From an uncultured Acetobacteraceae bacterium (lineage in GTDB: Bacteria > Pseudomonadota > Alphaproteobacteria > Sphingomonadales > Sphingomonadaceae), in contig CAZZYX010000006.1 in the NCBI GenBank assembly GCA_964658485.1, positions 419 through 64,418 on the forward strand: 64,000 nucleotides of DNA. Reading direction: 5' to 3'. The notes below the pieces were generated by a model. That model worked only from the letters and a program-made list of their open reading frames with translations. It made no database searches and had not been told where the DNA came from. This document shows, piece after piece, positions 47,040 through 54,057 of this stretch. The translations under genes were made by a program, and so were the position numbers. How positions within the stretch are numbered: the stretch's first letter is position 1; every line of letters starts with the position of its first letter.

Positions 47040-49382
47040 ATGGTTTCTTCAAGATCCACAGCGCTGCTGCTGGCCGGTATCGCGACTCTCGCAACCCTGC
47101 CGACGGTTGCTCTGGCGCAGCAACAAGTCCAGTTGGCCGACGCGTCAGCCAGTGCCGATGTGGCTGACTATACCGGCGCGATCGTCGTCACTGCGCAGCG
47201 GCGTACGGAAGATGCCATGAAAGTGCCGGTAGCGGTCTCGGTGCTCAAGACCGAAGCCCTGCATGATTATGCGGCAGCCGGTGGCGACACCCTGCTCTCG
47301 CTCTCGGGCCGGGTTCCAAGCCTCTACATCGAATCCACCACGGGGCGGATTTTCCCGCGCTTTTATATTCGTGGCCTGGGCAATATCGATTTCTATCTTG
47401 GCGCCTCGCAGCCGGTGTCGGTCATCCAGGACGATGTCGTCGAGGAGCATGTGATCCTCAAGTCCAACCCCGCTTTTGACATCGCCCAGGTCGAAGTTCT
47501 CAAGGGTCCGCAAGGCTCGCTGTTTGGCCGCAACACCACGGCGGGCATCGTCAAGTTCGACAGCGCACAGCCGACCGAAAGCTGGCAGGGCCAGGGCTCG
47601 GTCAGCTATGGCCGCTTTAACAGCGTCAACGCCGATGTCGGCGTGGGTGGCCCGTTGACGAAGGACGGCAGCGTCAGCTTCAGGCTGTCCGGGCTGTACC
47701 AGCACCGCGATAACTGGATCAGCAACGTCTACGCCGGCCCATCAGACGACGGCACCAAGCCCGGCCACGATGTCATGGGGGGCTTCAACGAACGTGATGT
47801 GCGGCTGCAACTGCTGTTCAAACCGTACAGCGCGTTGAGCGTGAGGCTGGCCGGCCATTACCGCGACTATGACGGCACCGCCTCGATCTTCTATCGCGGC
47901 TCGATCCCCCAAGGCCGTGACACCGTGCCGGCGAACATCGCTCGCTCGGTGGTCGCCTATGACGAGGGCCAGAACAACCCGCAGGCCTACAAGGCGCATG
48001 GCGTCTCGTTGAAGGCGGATTATGACCTGGGCGGACCGGCGCTGACGTCGATCACCGCCTGGGAACATGCCGCTGGCTACAGCCGCGGCGATACCGACGG
48101 CGGCGCGGCGGCTAATTTCGGCGGCGTAACGCCCAATATCTGCTCGGTAGGCTGCGGCGAGTCGCAGGGCCAACTGCGCGGTCTCGACCAGTGGACTGAG
48201 GAACTGCGTCTCGCCAGCCCCAACACCGGACGCTTCAAGTGGCAGGTCGGCGGCATCTACTTCGATTCGCGCGACCACACTGAGTTCGACCAGCGCAGCT
48301 ATTTCCTGACCAGCAACGTGCTGGGATCGACGCCCAACCCGGGCAACTGGGTGCTGTTGCATGACGTCAACACCTCGTGGGCCGGGTTTGGCCAAGCCAG
48401 CTATCGATTGACCGACCGGCTGACCGTGACCGCCGGCGCCCGCGAAACCAATGACGTCAAGCACACCACGCTGCTCAAACAGTCGACGGCAGCGCCGGTC
48501 AAAGGGCCGACCGACGTAAGGCTGTCCGACACCAAGCCAAGCTGGGATAGCAGCCTACTCTACCGCGCATCGCAGGAACTCAGCCTGTATGCCCGCGTCG
48601 CTCGCGGCTTCCGTGGCCCCACAATCCAGGGCCGGTCAGCGGTGTTCGGTTCGTCGTTCGGCGCGGGGACGTTGGCGACATCGGAAACCAATACAAGCTG
48701 GGAGGCCGGGCTGAAAAGCGCGCTCCTCAACAACACGGTGCATTTCAACCTGACCGGCTTTTACTACACGGTCGACCACATCCAGCTCAACGGTAATGAC
48801 AGCAACGGCGCAAGCGTGCTGTTCAACGCGGCCAGGGCCAAGGGCTATGGCATGGAAGCGGAACTGGAGGCACGGCCAGTCACCAATCTGCGCTTCAACG
48901 TCGGCCTAAGCCTGTTGCATACGCGGATCGAGGATAACAAGATCTACACCCAGGTCGGCGCCGCCGGCGGCGTACTGGCCGAAACTGTGCTCAATCCGAC
49001 CATTCGCATCGGCAACAATTATTTCGCCCAGATCAACGGCAATCCGCTGCCTAACGCGCCAACCTTCAACTTGAATGTCAGCGGACGCTATGATCTGCCG
49101 ATCGGCGGCAACAACCAGCGCCTGTTCCTGTCCGCAGACTTCGACATGCAGGGCCAGACCAATTACGTCCTCTATCGCAGCGTCGAATATACATCGAACG
49201 GCAATCTGGAACTCGGCATGAAGGCTGGCTATGCGGTCGGCCGATATGAACTGGCGGCGTTCGTGCGTAACATCACCAACAGCAAGAACCTGATCGACGT
49301 GATCGACACCTCCAACTACCGCGCCGGCATCTATAACGACCCACGGGTTTTTGGAGTCATGCTCAGCGGTTCGTTCCGCTGA
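47040..49382 (+). CDS. TonB-dependent receptor
   Basis: ATG at 47040 gives signal peptide ..TLPTVALAQQ. TonB box AIVVTAQR, plug motifs and a C-terminal ..VMLSGSFR. The first 99 codons of ORF 46743.. are non-coding-like. Confidence 0.9.
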   Translation: MVSSRSTALLLAGIATLATLPTVALAQQQVQLADASASADVADYTGAIVVTAQRRTEDAMKVPVAVSVLKTEALHDYAAAGGDTLLSLSGRVPSLYIESTTGRIFPRFYIRGLGNIDFYLGASQPVSVIQDDVVEEHVILKSNPAFDIAQVEVLKGPQGSLFGRNTTAGIVKFDSAQPTESWQGQGSVSYGRFNSVNADVGVGGPLTKDGSVSFRLSGLYQHRDNWISNVYAGPSDDGTKPGHDVMGGFNERDVRLQLLFKPYSALSVRLAGHYRDYDGTASIFYRGSIPQGRDTVPANIARSVVAYDEGQNNPQAYKAHGVSLKADYDLGGPALTSITAWEHAAGYSRGDTDGGAAANFGGVTPNICSVGCGESQGQLRGLDQWTEELRLASPNTGRFKWQVGGIYFDSRDHTEFDQRSYFLTSNVLGSTPNPGNWVLLHDVNTSWAGFGQASYRLTDRLTVTAGARETNDVKHTTLLKQSTAAPVKGPTDVRLSDTKPSWDSSLLYRASQELSLYARVARGFRGPTIQGRSAVFGSSFGAGTLATSETNTSWEAGLKSALLNNTVHFNLTGFYYTVDHIQLNGNDSNGASVLFNAARAKGYGMEAELEARPVTNLRFNVGLSLLHTRIEDNKIYTQVGAAGGVLAETVLNPTIRIGNNYFAQINGNPLPNAPTFNLNVSGRYDLPIGGNNQRLFLSADFDMQGQTNYVLYRSVEYTSNGNLELGMKAGYAVGRYELAAFVRNITNSKNLIDVIDTSNYRAGIYNDPRVFGVMLSGSFR

Positions 49383-49417
49383 GGGTGCGGCTGGGGACGA
49401 CAGGAACCGTCAAGAGG

Positions 49418-49885
49418 TCAGCTTGCCCGGGATCGTAACCGCAATCCCTGGCGTTTGCTGAATGAGCGAATTAGTTTCTTCAATCCAACCTCATCTACAG
49501 CGGCTGCAGCATCGTCGGGGTTGAACCAGCGCTGCTCGCGCTCGTCCTGCTCCGGCCACTCGTTTGCCAGCGCGGTCACGGCCATGGGGAAGACATCGAC
49601 CTGGGCTATTCGAGATTTTCCGTCCCTGCCACGTTTGCCATAGGTGAGCGCGCCAAGCGACCTGGCATCCATCGTTCCGCTTGCACCAGCTTCCTCGAAG
49701 GCTTCCTGCGCCGCTGCCTCATGCTGCAGCAGGCCAACCATCGGGTTTCCTTTCGGGATGATCCATCGGCCTGTCGCGCGTGACGTGATGAGCAGGATGC
49801 GGAGCGATCCGTCGAGTTCCTTGCGGTAAGCGAGGGCGCCGATCATGAGCCAACGCTCGAGTTGTTGCGAAAGGCGCGAAAGCAT
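49418..49885 (-). CDS. NUDIX hydrolase
   Basis: ..WIIPKGNPMVGLLQHEAAAQEAFEEAGASG.. Nudix box. ATG at 49885; 49846 is also possible. Confidence 0.75.
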   Translation of the reverse strand: MLSRLSQQLERWLMIGALAYRKELDGSLRILLITSRATGRWIIPKGNPMVGLLQHEAAAQEAFEEAGASGTMDARSLGALTYGKRGRDGKSRIAQVDVFPMAVTALANEWPEQDEREQRWFNPDDAAAAVDEVGLKKLIRSFSKRQGLRLRSRAS

Positions 49886-49894
49886 CGCTTCGAT

Positions 49895-50407
49895 ATGGCG
49901 ACGACGACATTGAACTCCGATGCCGTGCATCGTCTCATGCTCGACTTTGTCGAATGGCTTTCAATCGGAGAGTGGCGCACGCGCGACGAAACCCGGGAGC
50001 TGCGCGAGGTACTGGCGCTGGTGACAGCCGTGCAGATGCTCGATCGCCTGCGCCGAAAGATCAAGCGTGGCGGCAAAAACCTCGCCGAGCTAGACGAGCA
50101 TGAGCGGCATGGCCTGAGGATTGTCGGCAAAAAGCTGCGCTACACGGCCGAGTTTTTCGCGGATCTCTACCGCGACAAGAAAGCCGTTCAACATCGCGAA
50201 GCCTTTCTCGAGGCGATGGAAAACCTGCAAACGGAGCTTGGCCATCTCAACGATCTGGCGAGCGGGCGGGTGGTGCTCGAGAAACTCGGTATCGCAAACG
50301 CGGATGCAATCCTTGCCTCTGGCAAGGAAGGCGATCCGGAGCGCCTGCTCGCCGACGCCGAAAAAGCGTATGCCAGGCTGGTAGCGACGAAGCGCTTCTG
50401 GCGATGA
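49895..50407 (+). pseudogene. CHAD-domain fragment (C-terminal part only)
   Basis: ..ERHGLRIVGKKLRYTAEFFADLY.. is the HxLRIxxKKLRYxxEFF CHAD repeat. Only about 170 aa are present, with no CYTH domain and no first CHAD half. The 5' end abuts or overlaps the divergent Nudix gene. Confidence 0.55.
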
Positions 50408-50454
50408 TAGAAGGATAAACTCCGGACCTATATTGGCCTAACTGATTACTCAGT

Positions 50455-50466
50455 TGGATTATACCA
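50455..50466. promoter_or_regulatory. HutC/GntR-type operator-like palindrome, copy 1 (TGGATTATACCA)
   Basis: One of four copies of TGGnnTATACCA. This one overlaps the stop codon of the GntR gene. Confidence 0.4.
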
Positions 50467-51193
50467 CGTTGAGATCGACGCGCACGCGGATGGCGTCATG
50501 CCGCCAATATTCCTGGTCGTATTCAACTACGCGCCCGGCGGAGTCGAAGCTGGTGCGCACCACCAACAGGCCGGGCGTGCCCGACTTGACGCCTAGCGCC
50601 TCGGCCTCTTCCCTAACTAGCGCGCAGGGGCGCATGTCGACGCTGTTGCGGGCGACGGTAATGCCATAATGGGTCGTCAGGATGTGCGTCAGCGAGCCAT
50701 CGAGCGAGTGGGACAGCAGGTCGGGCGCCAGCGCGGGATCGACGACGATCCGTTCGACCAGCACCGGGCGACCATCGATCAGGCGGCGGCGCCGGATGGT
50801 GTGCAGCATGGCGCCGGGTGCAACCCCGAAGATGGCTTCCACGGACGCTATTACCGACGCGCTTGCCTTCGACAGCGTTTCGGTCCCCGGTGTCCGTCCC
50901 TGCTCGGTGACATAGGCCATGAAACCGGCCCAGCGTGTTGGATCATAGGTGACGGCAGGCGGCGAGACATACCAGCCGCTGCGGTCGCGGCGGTAGATCA
51001 GCCCCTCCGCTTCCAGCTGGAACAATGCCTCGCGAATGGTGCCGCGTGCGGCGCCGGTCTCGGCCTGCAATTGCCGTTCCGACGGCAGCTTGGCGCCCGG
51101 CGGCTGTTTGCCGTTTTTAATATTGCGCGCGATCTGGTCGCGCAGAACGAGATATTGTGGGCCGACAGGCGCCGTTCCGGGTGTGCGGGTCAG
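50459..51193 (-). CDS. GntR-family transcriptional regulator, HutC/PhnF subfamily (wHTH + UTRA)
   Basis: UTRA domain in ORF 50459..51070. The conserved wHTH N-terminus (PQYLVLRDQIARNIKNGKQPPGAKLPSERQLQAETGAARGTIREAL) extends upstream of the ORF-track TTG. The only possible start in the open frame is CTG 51193, which overlaps the upstream TGA. Confidence 0.75.
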   Translation of the reverse strand: MTRTPGTAPVGPQYLVLRDQIARNIKNGKQPPGAKLPSERQLQAETGAARGTIREALFQLEAEGLIYRRDRSGWYVSPPAVTYDPTRWAGFMAYVTEQGRTPGTETLSKASASVIASVEAIFGVAPGAMLHTIRRRRLIDGRPVLVERIVVDPALAPDLLSHSLDGSLTHILTTHYGITVARNSVDMRPCALVREEAEALGVKSGTPGLLVVRTSFDSAGRVVEYDQEYWRHDAIRVRVDLNVV

Positions 51194-51774
51194 GACAGGG
51201 GCTCGGTCTCGATGTGCATCCGATCACTCTGCCGCAAAACCAGCGATTCCAGCAATGGCCGGTAGCTTTCGAGATCCGGCACCTGCCAGTCCCGACGCTT
51301 GCCAAGATCGTCGTAACGGCGCAGCCGAAGCGCATCCTCCGCCCCGGGATTTGCGATGAAATGCGCCATTTCCTGCGAGCTATGTGGGCCGCCTTGAAGC
51401 GACAGGCTAAGCTCCGACGCGGGGCTGAGCGCTGCGTGATAATCCGGCTTGGCTGCGCATAGATAGCGCTTGGCTTCGACGTGCAACCGCACCGGTTCGG
51501 TCACTGCGGGCGGGAAATAAAGCGCGAGATAGGCGGCGCCGGACGCTTCGTGCCCGGCGTCGATACCCTGCTCGGCAGCATCCCCGGCGTCGTCGAAAAA
51601 ATGTCCTAGGTCATGCAGCAGGGCAGCGGCGATCAGCGCTTCGGGCGCTTCATCAAGCATGGCGAGATGCGCCGACTGCAGGATGTGCTGCATCTGGGTG
51701 ACTTCTTCGCCATAGTGAACGAGGCCGAATGCATTGAGAGTAGAGAAGATTCTATCAACTGTAGTAGACTTCAT
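51190..51774 (-). CDS. PhnZ-like HD-domain (mixed-valent diiron) oxygenase family protein
   Basis: ATG at 51774 gives 194 aa. ..YGEEVTQMQHILQSAHLA.., ..AALLHDLGH.., ..HEASGAAYL.., ..HVEAKRYL.. and ..SLQGGP.. align by eye with the PhnZ/TmpB-type phosphonate-cleaving HD oxygenases. Confidence 0.7.
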   Translation of the reverse strand: MKSTTVDRIFSTLNAFGLVHYGEEVTQMQHILQSAHLAMLDEAPEALIAAALLHDLGHFFDDAGDAAEQGIDAGHEASGAAYLALYFPPAVTEPVRLHVEAKRYLCAAKPDYHAALSPASELSLSLQGGPHSSQEMAHFIANPGAEDALRLRRYDDLGKRRDWQVPDLESYRPLLESLVLRQSDRMHIETEPLS

Positions 51775-51875
51775 GACTGTATTGTCGCCCCGCGTGGATG
51801 CTCCTGGGGCCGAAACGGATAGCTGCAAAGCGCCGCAGTCCGACCTGCTAGGATGTCGCCAATCTGTATTCAAGG

Positions 51876-51887
51876 TGGACTATACCA
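51876..51887. promoter_or_regulatory. HutC/GntR-type operator-like palindrome, copy 2 (TGGACTATACCA)
   Basis: Lies in the 174-bp divergent region between the PhnZ-like/GntR operon and the first PLC gene. Confidence 0.5.
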
Positions 51888-51948
51888 GTATGATGACTAA
51901 CGCACGACATGAAATGCCTTGGCGCTTGCCAAACGTGACGCCGATGAA

Positions 51949-54057
51949 ATGAACGGTGACCGACGGGATTTCCTGCGGCTGGCCGGCGTGGGATCGGCGA
52001 TGGCCATGTCCGGTCTCATCGATCGTGCGCTGGCGATCCCTGCCGCCCGCACGACCGGCTCGATCATGGATGTCGAGCACATCGTTATTCACATGCAGGA
52101 AAATCGGTCGTTCGACCATTATTTCGGCATGCTCAACGGCGTCCGTGGCTTTGGCGATCCTCGACCGTTGCGGCTGCCGGGCGGGCGAACGGTGTGGTCG
52201 CAGCCCTCGCAGCAGCATCCGGACGGCTATGTCATGCCCTACCACGGCGACGCGAAAACGACGCGATCGTTCCTCGTCGATGGCGCCGACCAGTCGCATG
52301 TCGAGAATATGGAAATCTTTAATCACGGGCGCTTCGATCGCTGGGGCCATAAGCCGGAGCTGCACAACCGGATGCTGCATTATGGCGCGGGCGACCTGCC
52401 CTTCTACTACGCGCTCGCCGACGCTTTTACCGTTTGTGACGCCTATCATTGCTCGACGATGACGCAGACTTATCCCAACCGGATGCACCTGTTTACCGGC
52501 TGCAACGGCGGCGGCACGGTCGGCGGCGACCCGCAGATGCAGAACTACGGCGAAGACGAGACGCCCAGCGCGGACATGGCGACGGACAAGCCGATCGATC
52601 CCGGCGCTTACGGTTGGACGACCTATGCCGAGCGGCTGCAGGCGGCGGGGATCGACTGGAAGGTCTACCAGGAATACGACAATTTCGGTGATAATCTGTT
52701 GTCGGTATTCCCGCCGTTCCGGCCTTGCGCAAAGGACAGCGAGCTTTATCGCCGGGGCCGATCCTGGGTCAGCGAGCATGCGCAGGGCCAAGACCGCGCC
52801 CGATCGGATGGCGAGCAACTCGTCGCAGCCTTCCGCCACGACATCGAGCGCGGACAACTGCCGCAGGTCAGCTGGATCGTGACCGCTGCGGACTTGTCGG
52901 AGCATCCGCAGGCCGAACCCGCCAAGGGCGAGCATGTGACGGCCAAGCTGATCGAGGCGTTGATCGACAATCCCGAGGTATTCGCGAAGACGGTCTTCAT
53001 CCTCAACTATGACGAAGCCGGCGGCTTTTACGATCATATGCCGCCGCCGGTGCCGCCGGTCGGCCGATACCACGGCCGCAGCACCGTTCCGCTTGATGGC
53101 GAAACCAAGGATTATCGCGGCTCGGGCAAAGCTGGCAACGAGCAGCACCCGATCGGTCTGGGGATGCGGACGCCAACGGTAATCGTATCGCCGTGGAGCC
53201 GTGGGGGTTATGTCTGCTCGGAGGTGTTCGACCATACCTCGGTGCTGCAATTCGTGGAGAAGCGCTTTGGCGTGCGTGAACCGAACATCAGCCCATGGCG
53301 GCGCTCAGTATGCGGCGACTTGACGTCCGTGTTCGATTTCACTGACGGACAGCCGATGATCGCACGGTCGCTGCCCGGCACCGACGACTTTGCCGAGCGG
53401 GTGGCGCAGTCGACTGCCGGAACCGCTAACGCCATTCCCGCGCAGCAGTCGCCGACGACGCAGATGTCCGGCCAGCGCGCGCACCGACCGCTGCCTTATC
53501 GGATTATCGCCGATAGCCATGTCGACACGGATGGGCGCCTGGTCATTGCCATGTCCATCAAGGGTGAGGCGGGCGTGGTGCTGACCGTGCATGACAATCA
53601 CGATCGGATCGAGCCGCGCCATTACACCATTGGCGCTGGCGACCGGATCGAAGATGCCTGGGACGCGGATGGCGACAGGTTCGATCTCACTTTGCGCGGC
53701 CCTAACGGCTTCTGGCGGCGGTTCGCCTACGGCGCGGGAGCAGACCGCGAGGTGCGACTGATCGATCGTCCGGATATCGACGCCATCGAGCTTCGGCTTG
53801 AAAATCGCAGCCCCGCGCCGCTGACCTTCACCATCGTGCTGGACGATGCCTATCCCGCCCTTGCGCGAAGGCGCGAAGTGACGGTGGCGCCCGGCAGGAC
53901 CGGGTCCGATCTGTGGCGATTGTCGGCAAGCGACAACTGGTACGACCTGACGATTACCGCCGGATCGCAAGACGAAGCATCGTGGCAATATGCCGGCAAG
54001 CTGGAGAATGGCCGGCCCGGTCGGACCGATCCTGCTATCGGAACGATGCGGGTCTAG
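51949..54057 (+). CDS. Phosphocholine-specific (non-haemolytic type) phospholipase C / acid phosphatase family, Tat-exported
   Basis: Tat leader MNGDRRDFLRLAGVGSAMAMSG. ..IHMQENRSFDHYFGMLNGVRGFGD.. phosphoesterase motif. About 700 aa with a duplicated C-terminal domain. Confidence 0.9.
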   Translation: MNGDRRDFLRLAGVGSAMAMSGLIDRALAIPAARTTGSIMDVEHIVIHMQENRSFDHYFGMLNGVRGFGDPRPLRLPGGRTVWSQPSQQHPDGYVMPYHGDAKTTRSFLVDGADQSHVENMEIFNHGRFDRWGHKPELHNRMLHYGAGDLPFYYALADAFTVCDAYHCSTMTQTYPNRMHLFTGCNGGGTVGGDPQMQNYGEDETPSADMATDKPIDPGAYGWTTYAERLQAAGIDWKVYQEYDNFGDNLLSVFPPFRPCAKDSELYRRGRSWVSEHAQGQDRARSDGEQLVAAFRHDIERGQLPQVSWIVTAADLSEHPQAEPAKGEHVTAKLIEALIDNPEVFAKTVFILNYDEAGGFYDHMPPPVPPVGRYHGRSTVPLDGETKDYRGSGKAGNEQHPIGLGMRTPTVIVSPWSRGGYVCSEVFDHTSVLQFVEKRFGVREPNISPWRRSVCGDLTSVFDFTDGQPMIARSLPGTDDFAERVAQSTAGTANAIPAQQSPTTQMSGQRAHRPLPYRIIADSHVDTDGRLVIAMSIKGEAGVVLTVHDNHDRIEPRHYTIGAGDRIEDAWDADGDRFDLTLRGPNGFWRRFAYGAGADREVRLIDRPDIDAIELRLENRSPAPLTFTIVLDDAYPALARRREVTVAPGRTGSDLWRLSASDNWYDLTITAGSQDEASWQYAGKLENGRPGRTDPAIGTMRV

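Noticed and set aside
51880-53250. 456-aa minus-strand ORF inside PLC-1 (and 53913..55247 plus-strand inside PLC-2)
   Set aside because: Both are antisense to strongly supported phospholipase C genes and have Arg-rich, motif-free translations.
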